DNA of 64,000 nucleotides from Thermodesulfobacteriota bacterium (GTDB lineage: Bacteria > Desulfobacterota_D > UBA1144 > Nemesobacterales > JAJCZQ01). This document shows, piece by piece, positions 9,318-20,747 of the stretch; the stretch's first letter is position 1; every line of letters begins with the position of its first letter. The translations under genes were made by a program, and so were the position numbers. The stretch spans positions 1,152,001 through 1,216,000 of the forward strand of contig OZ244044.1 of NCBI GenBank assembly GCA_965215275.1, in the 5' to 3' direction. Below the pieces are notes generated by a model, which was not told the DNA's origin, searched no databases, and saw nothing but the letters and a program-made list of their open reading frames with translations.

Positions 9318-9956
9318 TTAGAGCAATCCACTAAAGTAAAACGGAACGCCAAAGGTAAGAATTCCTAAAAACGCTCCAGCAATAGTCTGCAACACTGTAT
9401 GGTGGGAGAGCTGAACCCGGGACCAGGCAACTATCGGTATCAGCATTGCAAATGGGACGGTCAGGTCGCTTATCTGGGACATTATAACAATACATAACCC
9501 ACTTATGGCAACACTGTGTACGCTGATCTTCCAGAACAGGGTTATGATAAAGATTATTAATATGGATAAGAAAGATGAAATACTTATGAGTATATGAATA
9601 GGAGGTGCTCCTATAATATGAAAAATATATATTCCAAGCAAGGTGTTCAGCGTTATTACAACAAGGGGTTTAATTCTTTCTTTTCTGTTGATCATATGAA
9701 AATCACTAATTACCCCTTTCTTTAAAAGCTTGTAAACAAATAAAGCAGGGGGAGCAATAAACAGCAGCATAAACATCACAGACCACAACAAAGGTAAAGG
9801 AACGTTCAGAGAAGGTGCAGATAATGCCACAGCATATACAACAACAAGAGGGGGTGAAAATATAGCGGATATATAATAAGCAATATAACCCCAGAAAGTA
9901 TGGGATAACTCATCCGAATAATTAGCTTTTGAAGTCAGGTCTTTGTTAATTGACAT
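9318..9956 (-). CDS. PAP2-superfamily membrane protein (lipid phosphatase-like)
   Basis: KISVH and SRVQLSHHT motifs, multiple TM helices; ATG 9956 preferred over the track's 10016 because of a GGTGA RBS. Confidence 0.7.
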   Translation of the reverse strand: MSINKDLTSKANYSDELSHTFWGYIAYYISAIFSPPLVVVYAVALSAPSLNVPLPLLWSVMFMLLFIAPPALFVYKLLKKGVISDFHMINRKERIKPLVVITLNTLLGIYIFHIIGAPPIHILISISSFLSILIIFIITLFWKISVHSVAISGLCIVIMSQISDLTVPFAMLIPIVAWSRVQLSHHTVLQTIAGAFLGILTFGVPFYFSGLL

Positions 9957-10023
9957 ATATTCACCGAGCGTAAATACATTTTTACAGTACAGCAACCTAC
10001 ATAAGGTACCATACACCCAGGTT

Positions 10024-10062
10024 ATTAATTCTGTTTTAACTTAATGTTAAATTTATGTTCAA
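10024..10062 (-). promoter_or_regulatory. Four direct repeats at 11-bp period (Pho-box-like) upstream of the PAP2 gene
   Basis: Minus strand TGAACA-N5-TTAACA-N5-TTAAAA-N5-TTAATA, then 9 nt, then TATGGT (-10-like). Confidence 0.55.
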
Positions 10063-10377
10063 AACCATTTTAAAACAATAAGAACAGAAATGACGGTGGA
10101 AATAGCTCTGATCAACTCCTTAAAAATCCAGTCTTTCGAAAAGAAAGAGATATTTCGGAACAGATATCCACTCTCTGAAAAAATATCACTGAAGATAGTT
10201 TACCTGTAAAACTGTCAATTCTAAACAATAAACATACTTTTTTAAGGAACACTACAAACACTGATAAAAGAAAAGGATTGTTTAAAAAAATCCACAATAT
10301 ATTATAATTATGCTAAGCAGAATGGATTATTAGCAGTAAAGGAAATTTGCTAAACTGATACATTAAGGCATGGCAAT

Positions 10378-11196
10378 TTGTATATAACTTTCAAAAAAAA
10401 CCTCTTTATAACCAAACTTCTTGCACTTGCAGGTTCTTTACTGTCCTTGTACCTTTCCATCACAACGTTGGGCGGCTGGGATATTAATCACTGCCTTACT
10501 GGCAGCGAATGTGATATTGTCAACAGCAGCGCTTATTCAAAGATATTCTGGATTCCTGTATCAGTAGTAGGTTTTTTAGGTTATGCATCAATTCTGATCG
10601 TATCATTTCTGTCAATTTCAGAACAAAACAAGTGGAAAGTCCTGTTTATTCTTACCACGGTCGGAGTGACTTTTTCCCTGTACCTCACCTACATGGAAAT
10701 TTTTCAAATAAATGCAATATGTTCACTCTGTATAGTTTCACTGATAATAATGCTGTCACTTTTTACAATCATATTGTCAGACAAGGGCAGGATGGCACCA
10801 AAGGCATCTTCTTTGAACTTTTTGACATTGGCAATCGTACTATCAGCTACCGTTGTATTCGGTGCAGGCACAATACAATCATCAACCGGTTCACAGGCAA
10901 ACAATCTGCACGTCGGTCTTGCCAGACACCTCGGTAAGGTTAATGCGGTAATGTACGGGGCTTACAACTGCTCTCACTGCAAGGATCAAAAAAACGCATT
11001 TGGAAAGCAGGCATTCAAACATATAAACTATGTGGAATGCAGTATTCAGGGTAAGAATGCCAAACCCTCCCTGTGCTTTGCAAAAGGCATAAAGGCATAT
11101 CCCACTTGGGAGATAGGTGGAAAGTTCTATCAAGGACGACAAAGCCTGCAGAGGCTGTCCGAACTATCAAACTTTAAATATCAGAAAAAATTCTAA
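10378..11196 (+). CDS. VKOR-thioredoxin-like fusion (disulfide bond formation)
   Basis: VKOR loop cysteines (C..SECDIV..S), CSLC, and a C-terminal Trx-like domain with CSHC and YPTW; exact start uncertain. Confidence 0.85.
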   Translation: MYITFKKNLFITKLLALAGSLLSLYLSITTLGGWDINHCLTGSECDIVNSSAYSKIFWIPVSVVGFLGYASILIVSFLSISEQNKWKVLFILTTVGVTFSLYLTYMEIFQINAICSLCIVSLIIMLSLFTIILSDKGRMAPKASSLNFLTLAIVLSATVVFGAGTIQSSTGSQANNLHVGLARHLGKVNAVMYGAYNCSHCKDQKNAFGKQAFKHINYVECSIQGKNAKPSLCFAKGIKAYPTWEIGGKFYQGRQSLQRLSELSNFKYQKKF

Positions 11197-11798
11197 AGAC
11201 GTTCTCTGATGTCCCGCACCAGAGATTTCACACTGGAACTATGGGAGTATCTGGAAATCAATTTACTGTCTCTGCTGATTAAATATATGGACGTTGGATG
11301 ATTCATAAGATAGTCGTCAGTGGGATTGTTGCCATCTTCTTCTTTGAAATACGCAGCACTGAACGTTTTAGCAACCTTGCTCAGTTCCTCGTCCGTGCCA
11401 GTCAGACCGATAAACTCATGGTGAAAACCAGAAAGATGGCCTTTCAGTTTTTGTATACTGTCTCTGCCAGGGTCGATAGAGATAAATAAAAACCGCAGGT
11501 CAGCACGATCACTGCCAAGTTCACTATAGACCTTTTTAAGTTTACCTAACGTTGCCGGACAGATATCCGGACAGTTTGTGTAGCCGAAGAACAAAAGTAC
11601 CAGTTTTCCCCTGAACTGCGACAATGCCACTCTGTCCCCATCATAGTCCGTGAGAACAAAATCCTCGATCTCTTTCTCATTACTGATACCGGCGACCTTT
11701 GTATCCTTGTTATCAAGAACAAGGATATATACGCAAACTAACAAAGCACTGGCAAAAAATATTAAAAAGGCAAATAACGGTTTAGGTTTTAAAAGCAT
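11193..11798 (-). CDS. SCO1/SenC copper chaperone
   Basis: FGYTNCPDICP, DPGRD, conserved His (MNH); N-terminal TM. Confidence 0.9.
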   Translation of the reverse strand: MLLKPKPLFAFLIFFASALLVCVYILVLDNKDTKVAGISNEKEIEDFVLTDYDGDRVALSQFRGKLVLLFFGYTNCPDICPATLGKLKKVYSELGSDRADLRFLFISIDPGRDSIQKLKGHLSGFHHEFIGLTGTDEELSKVAKTFSAAYFKEEDGNNPTDDYLMNHPTSIYLISRDSKLISRYSHSSSVKSLVRDIRERL

Positions 11799-11830
11799 AA
11801 CGAAATATCAGAAAGTAATTCAGGGTCCAT

Positions 11831-11867
11831 AAAAATAAAAGAGCAGGCTTATTGTGAGCCTGCTCTT
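11831..11867 (-). terminator. Rho-independent terminator of groESL
   Basis: 11-bp stem AAGAGCAGGCT/AGCCTGCTCTT followed by a T-rich run on the minus strand. Confidence 0.85.
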
Positions 11868-11909
11868 ACCGTTTGTGAGTTTTTTCAGATTCACAGAAGG
11901 ACTACATTA

Positions 11910-13577
<1,668 letters not shown>

Positions 13578-13613
13578 CTAACTTGCATGTTTTGCTTATA
13601 ATTTTACCGCTTA

Positions 13614-13901
13614 CTATTCTATAATGCCCAGTATATCCTCTTCTCTGAGAATAAGATAATCTACCCCATCAAGAGTAATCTCGGTGCCGCCATATTTGCT
13701 GAACAACACCTTGTCTTTAGGTTTGACATGTAACGGCTGTACACTGCCGTCATCCAGTATTCTCCCATCACCAACTGCAACCACTTCACCTTCCTGGGGC
13801 TTTTCTTTTGCCGTATCAGGGATTATTATTCCCCCTTTGGTCATTTCGTCCACATCCAGTCTCTTGATTAGCACTCTATCACTAAGAGGTCTAATTTTCA
13901 T
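13614..13901 (-). CDS. groES: Co-chaperonin GroES
   Basis: [25 protein letters not shown] 13901 follows AGGAGG. Confidence 0.98.
   Translation of the reverse strand: MKIRPLSDRVLIKRLDVDEMTKGGIIIPDTAKEKPQEGEVVAVGDGRILDDGSVQPLHVKPKDKVLFSKYGGTEITLDGVDYLILREEDILGIIE
13868..13894. promoter_or_regulatory. CIRCE-like inverted repeat inside the groES 5' coding region
   Basis: TTAGCACTC-N9-GAGGTCTAA versus consensus TTAGCACTC-N9-GAGTGCTAA (16/18). Confidence 0.45.
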
Positions 13902-14272
13902 TATTGTTTCCTCCTTTGTCACACAACAAATTTAATGTAAAACCAGCACCTGCGATTTCAAAATGCCGACTAAACACGAAACAAGATAATCACATGACAT
14001 GTTTTGTCAAGATAAAAAATTCAATCGTTATCCCTATAAGTATATCAAAGCTGTTTGACAGAGCAAAGGAAATCAGATGATTTTATTTTTTTATGGACTT
14101 TATGTGATCACACAGATTGAAAAACTTAACAGATAGGATATTTTAACCCGTGTGCCATATACTTAAGTAAAAACGGAATGACGTATGGCATAAACCACGT
14201 CAGTAAGATGATCATCCCTGAACTGTAACGGTCCGATAACTGATGATATTTAAACTGATCGGAGTTTTTCCA

Positions 14273-14301
14273 TTGACAAACAAAGTGTTTTACTTTACTT
14301 T
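14273..14301 (+). promoter_or_regulatory. Sigma70-type promoter of the gsp operon
   Basis: TTGACA-N17-TACTTT, 33 nt upstream of ATG 14334. Confidence 0.55.
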
Positions 14302-14333
14302 TGTATATAAAATTAAGTAAACTGCTTATTAAT

Positions 14334-15221
14334 ATGGTCTCATTAAAACACATCTGGGTTCTTAATGTTATTTTGATAATTGCCGTTGCTTACGTGTTTG
14401 CCCGTATAGTAAATGACAGATTATCTAAAGGTATCTATCACCCAACCGCGATCACGAAGGCTGATAACTTAAATAAGTTCAAAGGTTTCGTGCATGCAAA
14501 GACCAAAGAACATGACAGGACATATTATGACATTATATTAAAGAACAATATATTTGTTCCTAACAAAAACGTTTCCCGAAGCAGATTTAAAAACGTCTCT
14601 TTACCTAATGAACCTCAAGTAACTGACCTGAAGGTAGAACTGCTCGGGACGTATTTAAAGAACAACGGTGGAAGATCAATTGCAATAATCAAAAACACCA
14701 ACAGTAACAAGATAGACGGCTATACTACAGGTAACGTGATTTCGGTCATAAGGACGGAAAGGGTTAAATTACTTAAAATTGAGAACTGCAAGGTAACTAT
14801 AAACAGAGGGACCCGTGGAAATGAAGTGATCTCATGTGACAGCACGAACAGGGTAACCAAAAAGATCAGAACTGGTCATACGGCCACTAATAAAACAGGA
14901 ATTAAAAAAATAGAGAAAAACAGATGGCTGATCGAAAAGAAAATGCTTGATGAACTGCTTGAAGATCCCTCAAAACTATTTACGCAGGCCAGGGCAATTC
15001 CCAAAAAAGACGGCTTGAGGTTCGTCAGCGTGCAGCCGAGCAGCGTATTTTTCAAAATAGGTCTTAGAAATGGTGACACCCTGCATACGATCAACGAAGT
15101 TGAACTGAACGATATGAAAAACGTATGGAGCGTATTTGAGCAGTTGAAGGATGAGACGAAATTCATTATTAATTTTACAAGAAAAGGTAATAAACACTCC
15201 TACTCTTACAACGTCAATTAA
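14334..15221 (+). CDS. gspC: Type II secretion protein C (PDZ-containing)
   Basis: N-terminal TM, HR domain (LLGT..AII), PDZ motif GLRNGD; first gene of the gsp cluster. Confidence 0.8.
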   Translation: MVSLKHIWVLNVILIIAVAYVFARIVNDRLSKGIYHPTAITKADNLNKFKGFVHAKTKEHDRTYYDIILKNNIFVPNKNVSRSRFKNVSLPNEPQVTDLKVELLGTYLKNNGGRSIAIIKNTNSNKIDGYTTGNVISVIRTERVKLLKIENCKVTINRGTRGNEVISCDSTNRVTKKIRTGHTATNKTGIKKIEKNRWLIEKKMLDELLEDPSKLFTQARAIPKKDGLRFVSVQPSSVFFKIGLRNGDTLHTINEVELNDMKNVWSVFEQLKDETKFIINFTRKGNKHSYSYNVN

Positions 15222-15239
15222 CAGATCTACAAATTACAG

Positions 15240-17372
15240 ATGAAAATGGCAAAGCATATCAAGAAAATCACCCTGTTATTAGTTTTAAGCTTCGTGATCA
15301 CAACCTCCGGGTACTCACAGCAAATACCCCCTGATAACCACGTAATAAACCTGCAGTCCGAAATGACGATCAAGGACCTGATAAAGGTCATGAGCGAATT
15401 TTCAGGTGAAACTTTCATTCTGGACAAATCGGTAAAGGGGAAAAAAGTAACGATCATTTCACCTGAAGGCGGGTTCAAAAGAGAAAATGCCGAAAAGCTG
15501 TTTGAGATCATCCTGGACTTAAACGGCTTTTCTATAATCAATAAAGACGGTGTAAACAAGATCATAAAAAAGAGAAATATCAAAAGGGAAAGTATTCCAA
15601 CGGAGGTAGGACCAGCGCCTGAGGTCTCTTCCGACAGGTTCATTACAAAGATAGTCCAGCTGCAAAATATCAATGTAAATGACGTTTCAAAGGTACTGAA
15701 GCAACTCACTTCAAAAGAGGGGGATATGCTGTTCTATCCTTCTTCCAATAAGCTGATAATAATTGATAAGGTCGATAATATAAACAGGATCCTCGACATA
15801 ATCGCCAGCCTTGACATAGAAAAAAAGATAGAGTTTATAAAAATACACAACGCCGATGCAAGCGATGTTGCAGCAAAGCTGCTGCAAATATTCAGTTCTG
15901 ATTCTAAAGCTGGCTTAACCTCACAAAAAAGTTCCCGTTCATCAGGCAAGTCCAAGAGTTCAAATAAAACAAGCCAGAACGTGATCTCCGGGCGGGCGGA
16001 TATATTCGGATTTAAAGTAATTACCGAGGAGAGAACTAACTCACTTATACTGATCGCCTACCCGCATAATATGGAAAGGATCAAAGAGACCATAGCTCTT
16101 CTTGATGTTGAAACAGAGAATATAGATCAAGGCATCTACGTTATCAGGATAAAGAACGCCGACGCAGAGCAGATCGTCAGCGTTCTGCTGGGCATAATTA
16201 ACCCAGGCAGGAGCGGTAACACCTCCTACCGCACACAGACTGACCGATCAGGAACGAACAGAATAAATACAGGTTCCACGCTTTCAACCTCTGGAGGAAC
16301 CAGCAGATCAGGCATAAGACAAAGTTCAAGAGAAAATCCAAGACAGACCGGACCCAGCGGCCTGGCTGCAATTTCAGCTGAAGCGGAAGGTCTCAGGATC
16401 ACTGCTGACCCGGCTACAAATTCCGTTATTGTCGTAGGTTCAAGGGATGACTATAAAGCAATTAAAAAAGTCATAGAACAGCTTGATATAAGAAGAAGGC
16501 AGGTATTCGTGGAAGCCGCTATACTGGAAGTCGGTTTAAATGATCTGACCGCATTTGGTCTTAATTTTAATCTTGGTGCATCGGTAAACAACAATAACCT
16601 TATATTTGGAGGACAACAACTTCCAGGTGTATCCAGTTTGCTGGGTGCTGCGATAAGCAGTGAACAGGCCATCAGCACTCTTGGAACCCTTTCCGGTCTG
16701 TTCTTAGGGGTTCTTGGAAAAGAGGTGGATATTGACGGGTCGGGACCCATACCACCAATACCTTCGTTCTCAGCCTTATTTCAGGCACTGTCATCCGTAA
16801 CTGACGTGAACGTGCTCTCAACTCCAAGCATTCTCACTACTGACAACGAACAGGCTGAAATAACGGTGGCCGACGTCATACCATTTCCCACGGGAAGTAC
16901 AGTGGGAACATCAGGAGTTACGGTCAGTACGATCGATCGTCTCCCCGTCGGCATAAGGCTCGCCATTACTCCTCAGATAAGTGAGGGCAATTTTATGAGC
17001 CTTAATATTATAACTGAGGTCTCCAATATCACCGAAGCCCCACAGGGACTGAACACGCAGGTTTTTGGTATTGCCACACAAACCAGAACCGCCGACTCTT
17101 CCATCATAGTAAAGGACGGTCAGACCATTGTGATCGGTGGACTTGTGTCAGACAGGGAACGCACTGCCGAGAACAAAACACCCTTACTCGGAGATATTCC
17201 CATACTCGGCAATCTGTTTAAACAGAAACAAAAGCTGAACCAGAAACTGAACCTGATCATCCTTCTCACGCCTCGCATAGTTGAAACGGACGAAGACGTA
17301 CAAGATATTTTAGAAGAAGAGCAAAGAAGAAGGATGCTGCTTCAGGAAAGAGGGCTCGACATCCTAAAATAA
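15240..17372 (+). CDS. gspD: Type II secretion secretin D
   Basis: N domains, RRQVFVEA, LSTPSILT.DN, PLLGDIPILG.LF. Confidence 0.95.
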   Translation: MKMAKHIKKITLLLVLSFVITTSGYSQQIPPDNHVINLQSEMTIKDLIKVMSEFSGETFILDKSVKGKKVTIISPEGGFKRENAEKLFEIILDLNGFSIINKDGVNKIIKKRNIKRESIPTEVGPAPEVSSDRFITKIVQLQNINVNDVSKVLKQLTSKEGDMLFYPSSNKLIIIDKVDNINRILDIIASLDIEKKIEFIKIHNADASDVAAKLLQIFSSDSKAGLTSQKSSRSSGKSKSSNKTSQNVISGRADIFGFKVITEERTNSLILIAYPHNMERIKETIALLDVETENIDQGIYVIRIKNADAEQIVSVLLGIINPGRSGNTSYRTQTDRSGTNRINTGSTLSTSGGTSRSGIRQSSRENPRQTGPSGLAAISAEAEGLRITADPATNSVIVVGSRDDYKAIKKVIEQLDIRRRQVFVEAAILEVGLNDLTAFGLNFNLGASVNNNNLIFGGQQLPGVSSLLGAAISSEQAISTLGTLSGLFLGVLGKEVDIDGSGPIPPIPSFSALFQALSSVTDVNVLSTPSILTTDNEQAEITVADVIPFPTGSTVGTSGVTVSTIDRLPVGIRLAITPQISEGNFMSLNIITEVSNITEAPQGLNTQVFGIATQTRTADSSIIVKDGQTIVIGGLVSDRERTAENKTPLLGDIPILGNLFKQKQKLNQKLNLIILLTPRIVETDEDVQDILEEEQRRRMLLQERGLDILK

Positions 17373-17390
17373 GAATGACGATCATCCAAG

Positions 17391-19073
17391 ATGAAAGACA
17401 TTAATCATATACTGCAAGAAAAAAATCCTGAGATAGTTGAAAGCTTTCTGCAGATAAAATCTAAAAGCTCAGAGAGTGCCGAAGAGGTACTTATAAAGTC
17501 CAACCTGCTGGACGATGAAAAATTACTGAGCGTCTTATCAGAATACTATGGCGTTCCAGTGCTGCGCGAGATCAGGAACGAAGATATAGATTTTGAACTG
17601 GTCAGAAAACTTCCTATAAAGTTTAGCCGAAAGCACAGACTAATACCTATTTCACAAACCAACGGAACAATGAAGGTGGCACTGGCACCACCGGTCGACC
17701 TGTATGCACTTGATGAGGTCAGATCCCTTTTCAACTGCCCTGTTGAAACTCTCTTGACCTTCAAACACACGCTGTATGAAAATATAAACCGTGCTTATGA
17801 ACAGAATCAGGAAATATCCAGTGATATAGAGCAGGAACAGACAGAGAACGTAGAACTGGACATACATGAGCCAAAGGACCTGCTGGAAGCATACGATGAA
17901 GCTCCGATAATAAAGTTCGTTAACTCGCTTTTGTTCCGGTCAGTTAAAGAAAAAGCAAGCGATATACACATAGAATGCTTTGAAAAGAACATGACGGTGC
18001 GGTTCAGAAAAGACGGAATGCTTCAGAACATAACCTCCGTGGGTAAAAAAGTACAGTCCGCCATAATCTCTCGTGTAAAGATCATGGCAGAACTTGATAT
18101 AGCGGAAAAAAGAAAACCACAGGATGGCAGGATAAGGGTAAAGGTCGCAGGTCGGGACGTTGATATAAGGATCTCCACCGTGCCAACGACATGGGGTGAG
18201 AGCGTTGTTATGAGGCTTCTTGACAGGTCTTCGGTTCTTCTCAGCCTTGAAGATCTGGGACTTGAAGGTGAAAAACTTGCAAAATTCGACTTTCTGATAA
18301 GAAAACCTCATGGAATCATCTTGGTAACAGGACCCACGGGAAGTGGTAAGACCACAAGTCTGTACGCCGCACTGGAAAGAATAAATTCCCCCGATAAAAA
18401 AATTATTACAATCGAAGACCCGGTAGAGTATCAGATAAAAGGGATAAATCAGATCCAGGTCAATAACAAGGTCGATCTGACGTTTGCCAATGGACTCAGG
18501 TCCGTGCTCAGGCAAGACCCTGACGTGATACTCGTAGGTGAAATAAGGGACAGAGAGACGGCAGATATATCTATACACGCATCTTTAACCGGACACCTGG
18601 TGTTCTCCACTCTTCATACCAACGACTCCGCCAGTGCGATCACAAGGATGATCGATATGAACATTGAACCCTTTCTTGTTTCTTCATCGCTGCTCGCTGT
18701 GGTTGCACAGAGACTCGTAAGGGTGCTTTGTTATCACTGCAAGCAAAAGTATATTCCCACCGATGAGGACCTGAGCAGGATCGGTATCAACCGCAACGAC
18801 ATAAAAGATGGAACGGTTTTTAAGAGCAAAGGATGCAAAAAATGTACGGATTCCGGATTTAATGGCCGCGTGGCAATTTTTGAAATTCTGATAATGGACG
18901 ATGATATAAGAAACCTGACCTTGGGTATAACCGACTCCTCAACGATAAAACGTAAAGCCATGGAAAAAGGTCTCACCACTCTCAAGATGGATGGAGCAAA
19001 CAAAGTAATAAGCGGCGTTACCTCGATCGACGAAGTGCTGCGGGTTACCGAGGAAGAGCACAGCAGTTTCTAA
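17391..19073 (+). CDS. gspE: Type II secretion ATPase E
   Basis: ASDIHIE, GPTGSGKT, LRQDPD, tetracysteine motif. Confidence 0.95.
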   Translation: MKDINHILQEKNPEIVESFLQIKSKSSESAEEVLIKSNLLDDEKLLSVLSEYYGVPVLREIRNEDIDFELVRKLPIKFSRKHRLIPISQTNGTMKVALAPPVDLYALDEVRSLFNCPVETLLTFKHTLYENINRAYEQNQEISSDIEQEQTENVELDIHEPKDLLEAYDEAPIIKFVNSLLFRSVKEKASDIHIECFEKNMTVRFRKDGMLQNITSVGKKVQSAIISRVKIMAELDIAEKRKPQDGRIRVKVAGRDVDIRISTVPTTWGESVVMRLLDRSSVLLSLEDLGLEGEKLAKFDFLIRKPHGIILVTGPTGSGKTTSLYAALERINSPDKKIITIEDPVEYQIKGINQIQVNNKVDLTFANGLRSVLRQDPDVILVGEIRDRETADISIHASLTGHLVFSTLHTNDSASAITRMIDMNIEPFLVSSSLLAVVAQRLVRVLCYHCKQKYIPTDEDLSRIGINRNDIKDGTVFKSKGCKKCTDSGFNGRVAIFEILIMDDDIRNLTLGITDSSTIKRKAMEKGLTTLKMDGANKVISGVTSIDEVLRVTEEEHSSF

Positions 19074-19099
19074 ATCCAAGCATTGATACTTATCAGCTA

Positions 19100-20302
19100 A
19101 TGCCAGTTTATAAATATAAAGCGATCAACTCAGATGGTTCCAATAAGGAAGGAATAGTAGACGCAGAATCGGTCAAGGCGGCCTCAGAGAAATTAAAGCA
19201 GCAAGGTCTGTATCTCTCCTCGATTTCCGAAGCTTCAAAAAGCGGAAAAAGAAGTTATATTCCCTTCAGAAGGGTCAGCAGTTCAGAACTGGCCGTTACG
19301 ACAAGGCAGTTTGCATCCCTTATATCCGCGGGGCTTCCACTGGAAGCATCTCTTGTTGCACTTTCTGAGCAGACCGAGGATCAGAAGATAAAAGAGACCT
19401 TCACACAAGTGAGAAACAGGGTAAACGAGGGAAGCTCCCTTGCAAACGCGCTTTCTGAACATAGTGACGTATTTTCCAAAATCTATATCAATATTATCAA
19501 TGCCGGTGAGGTCAGTGGGAATCTGGACATCGTGCTTAACAGACTGGCGGATTTTATGGAAAAATCCACCGCTTTGAGATCAAAGATAAAAAGCGCTTTC
19601 GTTTATCCCGCATTTATGTTCATAGTCGGATCGGGCATCATGTTCTTTATGATGGTATATGTAATACCGAAGATCAGCAAGATATTCGAAGCGAGTGAAA
19701 AGGCACTTCCCTTATCAACGCTCATCCTGATGAACATCAGCAGTTTTCTTATAAATAATTTAATTGTCATTCTCTTGCTCACTTTCGTAACAGGGTTTAT
19801 TTTGATAAAGTTCATAAGGTCCGAAAAGGGAAAAAGATTTACTGATATCCTTGTCTTAAAACTTCCCATATTTGGCAAGCTGATCTCCAAAATCGCAATA
19901 TCAAGGTTCGCAAGGACGACCGGAACGCTCGTGGGGAGCGGTATTCCTCTCCTTAACGCACTGGAGATCGGTGAAGCGGTAATGGGGAACTCCGTGTTCA
20001 CGGACTCGCTGCAAGAGGTGAGGGTCAGTGTCAGAGAAGGTTCCGACCTTGCCTCTCCTCTCCAGGACAGCAAAGTGTTCCCTCCACTTGTCACAAGGAT
20101 GATCAGCGTGGGTGAACAGACAGGTGAAATAGAGGATATGTTCAACAAAATAGCAGACATTTACGACCTGCAGGTCGAGAATACCCTTTCGGCTTTAACT
20201 TCCCTGCTGGAACCCGTAATGATATTGGCAATAGGAGCAGTAATGGCATTTATAGTTTTTGCCATACTGCTTCCCATTTTTGATCTAACTTCAGTAATAT
20301 AA
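19100..20302 (+). CDS. gspF: Type II secretion inner-membrane platform F
   Basis: TRQFASLISAGLPL, GE.SGNL, LLEP motifs. Confidence 0.95.
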   Translation: MPVYKYKAINSDGSNKEGIVDAESVKAASEKLKQQGLYLSSISEASKSGKRSYIPFRRVSSSELAVTTRQFASLISAGLPLEASLVALSEQTEDQKIKETFTQVRNRVNEGSSLANALSEHSDVFSKIYINIINAGEVSGNLDIVLNRLADFMEKSTALRSKIKSAFVYPAFMFIVGSGIMFFMMVYVIPKISKIFEASEKALPLSTLILMNISSFLINNLIVILLLTFVTGFILIKFIRSEKGKRFTDILVLKLPIFGKLISKIAISRFARTTGTLVGSGIPLLNALEIGEAVMGNSVFTDSLQEVRVSVREGSDLASPLQDSKVFPPLVTRMISVGEQTGEIEDMFNKIADIYDLQVENTLSALTSLLEPVMILAIGAVMAFIVFAILLPIFDLTSVI

Positions 20303-20318
20303 AAACAGGAGGTTTATT

Positions 20319-20747
20319 ATGATTAAATCACAGAAAGGTTTCACCTTCATTGAGATCATGGTGGTGGTGATAATCATAGCCAGTCTCGCGGCGATCATCA
20401 CACCAAATATAATGAAACGGCTGGACGAGGCAAACGTCAAAATAACAAAAACAAATATGGCAAATTTAGAAAGTGCCATTAAGCTTTTTAAGTTAGACAA
20501 TGGCTTTTATCCCGATAGTCAGCAGGGACTTTCCGCACTGGTCTCACCTCCCACTATCGGCAGAGAGGCAAGGAGCTGGAATGGACCTTATCTGGGAAAA
20601 AGTCAAGTCCCGCTCGATGCCTGGTCAAATGATTTTGTTTACCTTGGTCCCGAGCATTCCAATAATGGAACATATACACTCAGGTCACTGGGTGAGGATG
20701 GGGTGCCAAATACAGGGGACGATATCTTAAGCACCAGTATTGAATGA
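20319..20747 (+). CDS. gspG: Major pseudopilin G
   Basis: G|FTFIE prepilin motif, LDNG.YP...QGL, DAW, SLGEDG. Confidence 0.92.
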   Translation: MIKSQKGFTFIEIMVVVIIIASLAAIITPNIMKRLDEANVKITKTNMANLESAIKLFKLDNGFYPDSQQGLSALVSPPTIGREARSWNGPYLGKSQVPLDAWSNDFVYLGPEHSNNGTYTLRSLGEDGVPNTGDDILSTSIE

